The position numbers and the translations under genes were made by a program. Under the pieces are notes generated by a model, which saw only the letters and a list, made by a program, of their open reading frames with translations, was not told the DNA's origin and did not search any database. Shown here in pieces: positions 39,146 to 47,537 of a stretch of 64,000 nucleotides of DNA. Origin of the DNA: an uncultured Lentisphaeria bacterium (GTDB lineage Bacteria > Fidelibacterota > UBA8477 > JABMPR01); the NCBI GenBank assembly GCA_964454335.1, contig CAYVVT010000017.1, positions 1,770-65,769 of the forward strand, in the 5' to 3' direction. The stretch's first letter is position 1. Each line of letters starts with the position of its first letter.

Positions 39146-39178
39146 TAAAAAAAGGGCTCTCATCCGAGAGCCCCTTTT
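39146..39178. terminator. bidirectional rho-independent terminator (A-run, perfect hairpin, T-run)
   Basis: The structure is aaaaaa-gggctctc-atcc-gagagccc-cttttt. Confidence 0.65.
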
Positions 39179-39395
39179 TAGTTTCGCTGAGGGGCAAATT
39201 TGTTCTCCCTGGCAAAGCTGAGGATTCATCCTTTTCCTTGATTTGGGTGGTACGCCTCCAAATGTTTGGAGGCTCTTTAATAATTGCGTCTATCCAGAGT
39301 TGATCTTATCCAGGTCTTCTAGCAAAAATTGACAAGAAGCAAGTTATAGGGTAACTTTATTAATGAAATGAGCATATAGAGACTGGGGATATGTA

Positions 39396-39782
39396 ATGAG
39401 TCTCATCAGAAAGTTCCTGGGACCCAAATCGAAATATGACAAGAGTCTACCGTATACCTACATGGCCAGGGAACCTGTAGTTGAGGGGGATACTGATCTA
39501 TATTCTTATTATTTCTCAGATACGATATGTGGTTTAATCGAATACCTGGATGAGACTGAAATTGAACCTGATCTCGTGCAACTTTTTGGTGTATATCAAA
39601 AACAGGAAATTCCCCTCGATATCAACCTGTGTACAGATTTGGATGGGAATTGGTTAAGCCGACCCGATATCTGTAGATCTCTTGAAACACATTTCAAAAA
39701 CTCCCTGGAAGAGCGATACAAAGGTCACAGGGAAGAAGGTGATTGCTCATTCGACGATCGCAGCCGCAAAGGAAGTAGATGA
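39396..39782 (+). CDS. hypothetical protein (128 aa, acidic)
   Basis: This is an ORF in the low-GC island downstream of tRNA-Asn. No recognisable motif was found. Confidence 0.45.
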   Translation: MSLIRKFLGPKSKYDKSLPYTYMAREPVVEGDTDLYSYYFSDTICGLIEYLDETEIEPDLVQLFGVYQKQEIPLDINLCTDLDGNWLSRPDICRSLETHFKNSLEERYKGHREEGDCSFDDRSRKGSR

Positions 39783-39920
39783 TAAATTTGTGGTGGAAGG
39801 ATATTCTGCTGGCCATGAGTATCATCAGTTATGAAGATGGAACCTTTGTAATCCAAGTTTGACAAACACCTAGACACCGAGCTAAGTCAGAACGAATCCA
39901 ACCATTCAAGAGGTCTATAT

Positions 39921-40469
39921 ATGACCAACATCGTCTATATCGCAACCAGTCTGGACAATTACATTGCCTCCAGAAATGGTGGATTGGACTGGTTACCAGA
40001 TGATCCTCCGCCCGCTGAAACTCATTGGGATGACAGCAACTATAGCTTTGTTAAACTCATGGATAGAATCGATGCTGTTGTTATGGGACGGCATTCCTTC
40101 GAAACGGTGGTGGGATTTGGTGAATGGCCATATACCAAGCGGGTCTTTGCCCTTAGCAGCACACTCAAGACCGTTCCGGATGAACTGGCGGACCGGGCTG
40201 AAATACTAAGTGGAAGTATTGAGACCATACTTGCTCAGCTACAGGATCGCGGATTTGTGAACTTGTATATTGATGGCGGAAAGCTCATCCAATCCTTCCT
40301 GGCTGAAGACCTCATCGACGAGATGATGATCACCCGTGTGCCAATCCTGCTTGGGGATGGCATTCCTTTGTTTGGACAGCTGCCTGAACCTCTGAATTTC
40401 GAACTGGTAACTAGCGAACAATTATGGGATGGAATGGTGATAAGTCATTACATAAGGATCAGGGAATAG
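39921..40469 (+). CDS. dihydrofolate reductase-like / RibD C-terminal domain family protein
   Basis: 182 aa with the DHFR-fold pattern (IVYIATSLDNYIA...DAVVMGRHSFE...LYIDGGKLIQSFL...DEMMITRVPILLGDGIPLF), as in the YwjB/RibD_C family. Confidence 0.75.
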   Translation: MTNIVYIATSLDNYIASRNGGLDWLPDDPPPAETHWDDSNYSFVKLMDRIDAVVMGRHSFETVVGFGEWPYTKRVFALSSTLKTVPDELADRAEILSGSIETILAQLQDRGFVNLYIDGGKLIQSFLAEDLIDEMMITRVPILLGDGIPLFGQLPEPLNFELVTSEQLWDGMVISHYIRIRE

Positions 40470-40635
40470 ACTGGATTCAGCTTCTTTCCCAGATCTTCAG
40501 AATGCATATTGACACTCTCAGTATTTCAAGGACGCCAAAGATATGAACACCATCCGGGGAGATTGCCTTATTGACGTCAAAAACACTATTCTTGTCGGTG
40601 AGAAGGTGCCATGTGCTTGATCCCAACCCTGCATA

Positions 40636-41799
40636 ATGATGAGCGATAAAATGCACCCAAATGCTCGAATACTGCCCACGGATAAGGTCATGGCCTATAT
40701 GCTGAAGCAAGTTCTGTATGCCCTGGATCGGCTCGGGGCGGTTTACTCGCTGGGGGGAGAATCCCTATTGGGTTTTGCGGAAGGTGATATTGCTAAATAT
40801 CAAGAGCATATACATCTCTATCTGTTTCGACTGCCGGTGGGAGGTCGATTGCGCCTATTTCTGATGTTGCTCCCGAAAGGGATATTCGTAAAACCCAAGC
40901 TGAAACGAGGCCAGAGTCGCCTGAAGATCCGTATCCGTACCAAGCGTCTGAAAAAACACCCAAGTTTCATAATGATCACGCCTGTTCACATGAGTACTGA
41001 TAGTGCCAGCGTTCATTCAGGTGGCCGTGACAACCATTATGAGCTGCAGGATTTGAATCCAGATAAGCTCCAGAAGCTCTGGGTGGAGAACATACCTGTC
41101 ATTGTACCTCGGGAGTTTGAATCATTCGTCAGGAAGTATTCCAAACAGCTGCTCACAGTATCCTACAACCAGCAACCTTGGCGTCTCACTCCGGAGATCC
41201 GCCAAAAAGCACACGAGCTTCTGCGCAGCAGCTGCGAAATCCTGGAGGATCTGGGGATCCATTACTGGCTGGATTTTGGAACTCTGCTGGGATTCATCAG
41301 GGATAACAAGCTCATTGACTGGGATCATGACATGGATCTGAGCATTCGATATGATAGCGATGAACAGATGGAACAGATGATCAGAGCTTTAGCCAAGCGC
41401 TACCCTGTCAGGGTATTGAAACCCAGCCTGCGGTCGGACACGTGGAAGCTTGGCAATTACAGGACGATTAAGGTATACTGCAAAAAATATGGTTTCATCA
41501 AGACGAAATTCTATCTGGATCTATTCACACAATACAGGGGACGATACGGGAATAATGGGGCCGACACCTATCGTGCCATTGTCTGTGGGAATAATAGTGA
41601 GATCCCTGCATCCTTCGTGGATGAACTGGACACGTTCCTATTTCAGGGACATGAATATAAAATCCCGAACCACACGGAAGACTTTCTGGCGTTAAGGTAT
41701 GGCGATGACTGGCGGACGCCAAAGAAGGAATGGTATCCCCCCTTAGATGATAGGTCCATGGTCCAAAATGATGAGGTCATCCCTGCCTCCGAAGAATGA
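40636..41799 (+). CDS. LicD-family (LicD/FKTN/FKRP nucleotidyltransferase-fold) phosphotransferase with an internally duplicated, degenerate N-terminal LicD-like half
   Basis: The C-terminal half carries the canonical LicD core YWLDFGTLLGFIRDNKLIDWDHDMDL (GTLLG...DxD) and the tail EYKIPNHTEDFLALRYGDDWRTP. The N-terminal half repeats the pattern (LGAVYSLGGESLLGFAEGDIAKY) but lacks the DxD motif. Confidence 0.7.
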   Translation: MMSDKMHPNARILPTDKVMAYMLKQVLYALDRLGAVYSLGGESLLGFAEGDIAKYQEHIHLYLFRLPVGGRLRLFLMLLPKGIFVKPKLKRGQSRLKIRIRTKRLKKHPSFIMITPVHMSTDSASVHSGGRDNHYELQDLNPDKLQKLWVENIPVIVPREFESFVRKYSKQLLTVSYNQQPWRLTPEIRQKAHELLRSSCEILEDLGIHYWLDFGTLLGFIRDNKLIDWDHDMDLSIRYDSDEQMEQMIRALAKRYPVRVLKPSLRSDTWKLGNYRTIKVYCKKYGFIKTKFYLDLFTQYRGRYGNNGADTYRAIVCGNNSEIPASFVDELDTFLFQGHEYKIPNHTEDFLALRYGDDWRTPKKEWYPPLDDRSMVQNDEVIPASEE

Positions 41800-42415
41800 T
41801 TCTGTCGTAGAACAAGAATATCTCTGAGCCCTTTTAAGGCGAATACTCTGGTACTCATATATCTCAACCTGGGAGCAAAAACTCAAGCCTTGAGACAGTA
41901 TTGACCATGAGGGATCTGGAACCACGGCTTTCCTGCGCCAAAACAGTATTCCAAATCCTCTATCGGAAATTCGATAAAGCTTTCACTCAGGGAACGATCT
42001 GTGAACATGCCCCTGTTTGTGCGACTCCCTTCACGCTATGGTTCCCTGATCCCTCTGAGACCTGTACTAGATTGACATACCTGCCCAGCCAGTGGGAACA
42101 CATACTATGCAGATTACCGGATAAAACAATCCTCAGAAGATCACTTCATCCATTCCGTGGTCTTCAGCCTGTTACTTTCTCATGGTGATAGTTTCGCTCA
42201 AACGAATGACTGGGCATCACCCGGTACAAGGTCTCCGATGGCCTGGCAACAGTAAAAACTATCCGGATATGTTCCTTAAATGCTGGTCCGAACTCAGCAC
42301 TGTACCATCAATGTCCTGAAACATTATATTCCTGCAGTACCAAAGCCTGTTAAATTGATGGTCGCACTATCGGTAGATCATATCATGCTGAGTATAGCTC
42401 AACAAAGGATAGCTC

Positions 42416-44164
42416 ATGAGTGAAAGTCTGAAATTGCTGAAGCTCACGCTGGACAGCAGCAATGAAACGGTCTTTCAGCATGTCATCGAAAGTGCCCCCA
42501 TCGGTATATATTTCAATGATCTGAAAGGCACTTTTCTTTACGGTAACAAGCGCGCCGAGGAGATCATCGGTTTTTCGCTTGAAGAACTCCGTGGCAGGAA
42601 TTTCCTGAGATTGAATCTGTTGGATGCGAAGGGGCTGCGAACTGCTGCTAAGCACCTGAGGCAGAATCGGAAAGGGCGCGACACCGGACCCGAGGAATTC
42701 ATCCTGCGGCGGAAAGACAACACCAAGGCTGTGGTGGAGATCACCACCACATGCTTCACTTATCAGGGCACTAAGGCAGTGCTGGGTATGGTCAGGGATG
42801 TCACCGAACAAAAGCAATTTGAAATGGAACTGCGAGCAAGTGAAGAGCGGCATCGTCTGATCAACGAGAACACGGATAACCTCATCGCGCTGATGACCTT
42901 TTCACTCAATCCGACCTATATCTACGTCAGTCCCTCTCATGAGCGCCTGCTGGGCTATGAGCCGGGTGAGCTTATCGGTAAAACCGGTATCGATTACATC
43001 CACCCGGAGGACAGAAGGAACCTGTATCCTATTCTAAAGGAATATTTCAATCGGTGGCCAAGATGGCTTCGTTCATCCGGTGACAAGCATCCCAGTGAAA
43101 CAGTTGAGTTCAGAGTAAGAGACAGCCTGGGGAACTGGAGATACCTGGAAAGTACGGTGAATTTTTCCGGTGGGAACCTGCTTTTCGTTTCCAGGGATGT
43201 CACTGAACGCAAAGAAGCCACGCAGAAGATCGGTGATCAGCATGCACAGATATCGGCCCTGAGCGGCGTGAATCTTGCGATGGCAGAAACCGTTGATCTG
43301 GTAGATGTCCTGAAGACGATCCAGAAAGAGCTCATCAAGGTATTCAGCTCCAAGCATGGACCATTGTTCGCCCTGTACGAAGGAGCCGAAGAGCAATTTG
43401 AGATCAAACTCACCTGGTATCACGAATCCCTCGTGCAGCAGATCCAGAAAGTCCTAGGTGTGATCCTTGATGGCATGCAAATCCCTATTCCGGAAAGTTT
43501 GAAGAAAATAGCCATCTCACACGAACCGCATGTCTTCGATGATATCAATGAATTTGCCAAAACAGTTTTCAGAATGGAGAGTCTGCCCAACCTCGAGATG
43601 GTCTTAGGATCGAACTCGATTATTTATGTCCCGCTCTGGACCAAGGACAAGCTGATCGGTGGAATGTTCTTCCTGCCGGAAGCGCTTGAGATACGCAAGG
43701 TGCATATGGATCTGCTTAGCGAGTTGGGTAACCAGGCCGCGATTGCCATTGAGCGCGCTCAGCTGTATGAACAGATACAGAAGGAGCGCGACATATACAT
43801 GGAACTTTACCGCAAATACCGGGAGAGTGAGATTCGTTCCAGTATCTTCTTCGAGGAGAGCGAGGATTGTTTCTACATTGCTGAAAAGGATGGAAGGGTC
43901 ACACATTTGAATCCGGCGGGCCAGAAGATGTTCGGGTACAGTGACAGCGAACTCGATGACCTGACCGCGGCTGATTTCTATGTAAACCTGAAAGACCGGG
44001 AAAGCTTTATCAGCAAGATGGATGAGAAGGAATATGTACAAAATTACCTGCAGCGCTTCAAACACAGGGATGGTTCAGAGATTATATGCCGGGAAACGGC
44101 CGTAAAGAGAACGGTTGAAGACAGGACAGTATATCAGGGGATTATACGAGAGGCCGGAGACTAG
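42416..44164 (+). CDS. PAS/PAC-GAF multi-sensor protein without recognisable output domain
   Basis: 582 aa with three PAS-like segments (FQHVIESAPIGIYFNDLKGTFLYGN; LIALMTFSLNPTYIYVSPSHERLLGYEPGEL; CFYIAEKDGRVTHLNPAGQKMFGYS) and a central GAF-like segment. No kinase, GGDEF or HTH domain is present. Confidence 0.7.
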   Translation: MSESLKLLKLTLDSSNETVFQHVIESAPIGIYFNDLKGTFLYGNKRAEEIIGFSLEELRGRNFLRLNLLDAKGLRTAAKHLRQNRKGRDTGPEEFILRRKDNTKAVVEITTTCFTYQGTKAVLGMVRDVTEQKQFEMELRASEERHRLINENTDNLIALMTFSLNPTYIYVSPSHERLLGYEPGELIGKTGIDYIHPEDRRNLYPILKEYFNRWPRWLRSSGDKHPSETVEFRVRDSLGNWRYLESTVNFSGGNLLFVSRDVTERKEATQKIGDQHAQISALSGVNLAMAETVDLVDVLKTIQKELIKVFSSKHGPLFALYEGAEEQFEIKLTWYHESLVQQIQKVLGVILDGMQIPIPESLKKIAISHEPHVFDDINEFAKTVFRMESLPNLEMVLGSNSIIYVPLWTKDKLIGGMFFLPEALEIRKVHMDLLSELGNQAAIAIERAQLYEQIQKERDIYMELYRKYRESEIRSSIFFEESEDCFYIAEKDGRVTHLNPAGQKMFGYSDSELDDLTAADFYVNLKDRESFISKMDEKEYVQNYLQRFKHRDGSEIICRETAVKRTVEDRTVYQGIIREAGD

Positions 44165-44557
44165 TAACCTGATCCATACCTGCTGTCCATCACAATGACG
44201 ACCCTAAATTACTAAGCAAGTGAGTACGACAGTGCAGCATCGGATTTTCTTACGAGAAAGGACCTCCGTTCACTGGCTGCACGAATAATTCTTCCAACAA
44301 ATTCGAGTGCGCATTTTGCCCTTGATTTGCGCAGGGTGGCTCGCTAACATTCTTGTATGGTTGTTGGTACAACCTGTTAATTGTCAAGAATCCTGAAAAT
44401 GGCCCGTCGATCCTTTCTCCATAAGGGTTTTGCTTTCATCGTCAATCAAATCCTGGCACTGTGATACGACCCGGACATTCCTCAATCTGCAGTACCACGA
44501 CCCTGGGATTAATTGTAAAAAGAATCATAGATCGAACACGCAAAAGAGGTAAGCACC

Positions 44558-45562
44558 ATGCTTGAGCATTTGCTGTCACATCGCAGACTGGTGAGTATGC
44601 TGTTCATCATCATCGTTCTCATCGGCTGCGGTACGAAGGGGGAACCAGAAGCGACATTCAGGATCGTTTCGCTGGCGCCAAACTGGACACAGACTGTGGC
44701 GGAGATCGGCGCCAAGGATCAACTCGTAGGGGTCACGCGCTATTGCATCTTTCCTGCAGACATCCCTGAGATGGTCGCCGCCGGTGAACTCGTGAGCGTC
44801 GGTGGTTTTGTCGACCTGTCAATGGCCCGGGTGGACTCCCTGAAACCGGATCTGGTCCTGACTGCCACCGGTTTGCAGTTGCGCTTCCACAAGAGACTGG
44901 ATGAACTGGGGATTCCCTATATCCATATGGAGGAAACCAGCCTGGCAGAAACCTATGAGAAGATCCTGGCCCTGGGAAAATTCATCGGCAAGGCTGCGGA
45001 CGCGCTGGCCCTGGTGGAATTCATCCAGGATGAGCTGGGCAGTCTGGAACTGGAATACGCCGACCTGCCCCGTAAGAAGGTCTATTATGAGATCAATTAC
45101 GCCTGGAAGTGTGTCCCGGGAGCAGATTCATATATTGTTGAACTCATGCGGCTGGCCGGAGCTGAGCCCATCTATGCTGATCGCAGCGGTATTGCACCGG
45201 CGGTGAACTGGAGCGAAGTGGTTGAGGCCATGCCGGAGGTCATTCTGGTACCCTGGTGGGAAACGGCCTGGGAAGAAGGCCCGCATTTCGAGGGCCCCGG
45301 CAGGGGCAACGGGACCACTACCCTGGCTGAGGTGGCGGGACGAGAAGGTGCCGCCGGGCTCCCGGCCGTCAAAGCCGGGCGCGTCCGTTATATCAATTCT
45401 GCAAAGACCAAACAGGCCGGACCCATGATCCCGGTGGCCGTAAGGCTGTTTGCGGAAGCGATCCATGCGCCGGGACGAACCGAGATGCTGGCAATGGATT
45501 TCGTTCCCAAACTCATGGAGGAGCAGGATAGCTTTGTGCCTGATCTGGAGCTGGTTGAATAG
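44558..45562 (+). CDS. ABC-transporter periplasmic substrate-binding lipoprotein, BtuF/FecB (cluster A-2 / PBP type 8) family
   Basis: 334 aa with lipobox LIGCG. The family N-terminal pattern RIVSLAPNWTQTVAEIGAKDQLVGVTRYC is present. This family binds cobalamin or iron-siderophore. Confidence 0.75.
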   Translation: MLEHLLSHRRLVSMLFIIIVLIGCGTKGEPEATFRIVSLAPNWTQTVAEIGAKDQLVGVTRYCIFPADIPEMVAAGELVSVGGFVDLSMARVDSLKPDLVLTATGLQLRFHKRLDELGIPYIHMEETSLAETYEKILALGKFIGKAADALALVEFIQDELGSLELEYADLPRKKVYYEINYAWKCVPGADSYIVELMRLAGAEPIYADRSGIAPAVNWSEVVEAMPEVILVPWWETAWEEGPHFEGPGRGNGTTTLAEVAGREGAAGLPAVKAGRVRYINSAKTKQAGPMIPVAVRLFAEAIHAPGRTEMLAMDFVPKLMEEQDSFVPDLELVE

Positions 45563-45573
45563 GACTGAAGAGC

Positions 45574-45636
45574 GAAACTTGAAATTTGAAATTTGAAATT
45601 TGAAATTTGAAACTTGAAATTTGAAACTCGAAATGG
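45574..45636. repeat. heptamer tandem repeat (GAAAYTT / TTGAAAY)x9
   Basis: The sequence gaaactt-gaaattt(x4)-gaaactt-gaaattt-gaaactc-gaaatgg belongs to the same family as 9853-9887. It lies between the BtuF-like gene and the PurM-like gene. Confidence 0.85.
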
Positions 45637-45677
45637 GTGAGCGCGATTGGGGGATTTGATTCAATGGTAATGGTGAT

Positions 45678-46490
45678 ATGAACGATTTGCATCAATTCTA
45701 TTCAAAATTGAAGGAAGCGGCCGGTACCGGCGGAGATCATATCCGGACCGTTCGGGATCTGACGCTTATCGACCTGGCCGCTGATATCCATCTCGTCATC
45801 GCCTGCGACTCCGATGGAGGGATCGGTCCCAAGGAAAGAGACCTGGTGAATGTGCCTGGAGAGGTCCTGGGACGTTTCGCCACACGGGTCCCACTCATGG
45901 AGATACTGGCCTCCGGGGCCAGGCCCATGGTGGTGGTCAACACACTCGCAGTGGAGATGGATCCAACCGGACTGGCTATCATCGAGGGTGTGCGTAAAGA
46001 GGCCGCCCTGGCAGGACTAACGGATCCTGGTTCCATCACTGGCAGCACGGAGGACAATGTACCCACCGTTGCCACCGGGATGGGCGTTGTCATCGTCGGA
46101 TTGGTGGACCAGCGCGATTTCAGACCTGGTGGTAGTCAGCCAGACGATCGTGTGGTCTGCGTGGGATTGCCAAAATCAGCTCCTGATGATGAAGTATCAC
46201 TGGATGATCCCGAGATAGCAGATACTGCAACGACCCTGGCGCTGGCCGGGCTGGACTACATCCATGACCTACTGCCGGTGGGTTCAAAAGGCATTATCCA
46301 TGAACAGGATGCCCTGGCCGGCAGTGCGGGACTCATTCTTGAAGGGGAAGCGGAAACCGGAGTGGATATCCATAAATCAGCTGGACCATCCACCTGTCTG
46401 TTGGCCTCGATACCACCGAGCAGGCTCGATGAATTGAGATCAGCAATTAAGCAGCCGATATCCGTTATCGGTACTCTGGTAGAAGGGTAA
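45678..46490 (+). CDS. AIR-synthase-related (PurM-superfamily N-domain) protein
   Basis: 270 aa. The PurM-family signature resembling xxSDxAAMGAxP appears as LMEILASGARPMVVVNTLAVE, preceded by a DSDGG segment. The function is unknown. Confidence 0.5.
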   Translation: MNDLHQFYSKLKEAAGTGGDHIRTVRDLTLIDLAADIHLVIACDSDGGIGPKERDLVNVPGEVLGRFATRVPLMEILASGARPMVVVNTLAVEMDPTGLAIIEGVRKEAALAGLTDPGSITGSTEDNVPTVATGMGVVIVGLVDQRDFRPGGSQPDDRVVCVGLPKSAPDDEVSLDDPEIADTATTLALAGLDYIHDLLPVGSKGIIHEQDALAGSAGLILEGEAETGVDIHKSAGPSTCLLASIPPSRLDELRSAIKQPISVIGTLVEG

Positions 46491-46495
46491 GTCGA

Positions 46496-47509
46496 ATGGA
46501 CAAAAGCACGCTTGAGAACCGGATCCTGGGCTCCCTGCTGGGAGTGGCTGCAGGCGATGCCCTGGGGATGCCCAGTTCGCTGCTGCCACCGGAGGAGATA
46601 CGCAGGATATATCCGGAAGGAATCGAGGATTTCATGCCAGCTCCGGCCGGCCACCTCATTCACGATAGGATGGTTGCCGGTGAGATCACCGACGACACCC
46701 AGCAGACACTGCAGCTGGCAGATCTTTACCTGGAGACCGGCGGTTTTACGGTCGAAGGTGCCGCTGCGAAGCTCATTGAGTGGGCCGAGAGCATCAATGC
46801 CTTCGATGGATTGTTCCTGGGACCCAGCTCCACCAGGGCACTCAAGCTCATCAAGGAAGGCGCCTCTCTGGAGGAGACCGGCCGCATCGGGGACACCAAC
46901 GGCGCCACCATGCGCATTGCCCCGGTAGGCCTGGCCCATCCAGGTGATCTGGCGGCAGTAGTTGCTGACACTGCCCAGGTTTGCATGCCGACGCACAATA
47001 CCAATACAGCAATTGCCGGTGCAGCCGGTGTAGCCTGTGCAGTCTCTACGGGAATTGACGGTGGTGATCTGGACGAATTGATCGAAGCGTTCTTCTATGG
47101 TGTGCGTGAAGGGATGAAGCAGGGAAATATCTGGACCTCTGCCTCCATTCAACATCGGACAGAGTGGGCCCTGGAACTGGTCTCGTCCAACAAAACCGAG
47201 CGGGAGATCTGGTCAGATCTCTATCAATACATCGGTACAGGTGTCGCTACTTCAGAAGCAGTACCCAGCGCTCTGGCCCTGGTGGTCTACTACAAGGGCG
47301 ATCCCTGGCAGGTTATCAGAGCGGCCGCCAATATTGGTGGTGACTGCGACACCGTGGGAGCAATCGCCGGTAGCATGGCAGGTGCCTATGCAGGAGCAAC
47401 CGCCTTTCCGCCACATGTGGCACCCCTCATCGAAGAAGTGAACCAACTTGATCTACCGGGATATGCAAGCAGATTTGCCGCCCGGCTCGAATTATCCCAA
47501 AGCTCATAA
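46496..47509 (+). CDS. ADP-ribosylglycohydrolase family protein
   Basis: 337 aa. The family N-terminus LGSLLGVAAGDALGMP is present, with conserved Asp/Thr metal-site positions through the protein. Confidence 0.8.
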   Translation: MDKSTLENRILGSLLGVAAGDALGMPSSLLPPEEIRRIYPEGIEDFMPAPAGHLIHDRMVAGEITDDTQQTLQLADLYLETGGFTVEGAAAKLIEWAESINAFDGLFLGPSSTRALKLIKEGASLEETGRIGDTNGATMRIAPVGLAHPGDLAAVVADTAQVCMPTHNTNTAIAGAAGVACAVSTGIDGGDLDELIEAFFYGVREGMKQGNIWTSASIQHRTEWALELVSSNKTEREIWSDLYQYIGTGVATSEAVPSALALVVYYKGDPWQVIRAAANIGGDCDTVGAIAGSMAGAYAGATAFPPHVAPLIEEVNQLDLPGYASRFAARLELSQSS

Positions 47510-47537
47510 ACAGTGTTATGCTAAAGGAATCATTCAA

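Noticed and set aside
41901-42188. 95-aa plus-strand ORF in the island gap
   Set aside because: It has no SD, no recognisable motif and a Cys/His-rich but non-patterned sequence. It is kept only as a note under the gap finding.
44165-44557. Possible cobalamin riboswitch in the 393-nt leader of the BtuF-like gene
   Set aside because: Isolated words resembling riboswitch pieces occur (GGTG, AAATCC, CACTG, CCCGG). I could not assemble the canonical order (GGGAA ... GGTG-AAATCC ... CCCGCAAC-GTAA ... GCCACTG ... B12 box) and no GGGAA is present. An Rfam scan is needed to be sure.
45128-45695. Minus-strand ORFs of 178 aa and 60 aa with FKFQISNFKFQ repeats
   Set aside because: They are translation artefacts of the heptamer array and the antisense strand of the BtuF-like gene. 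They have no start context or other coding signal.
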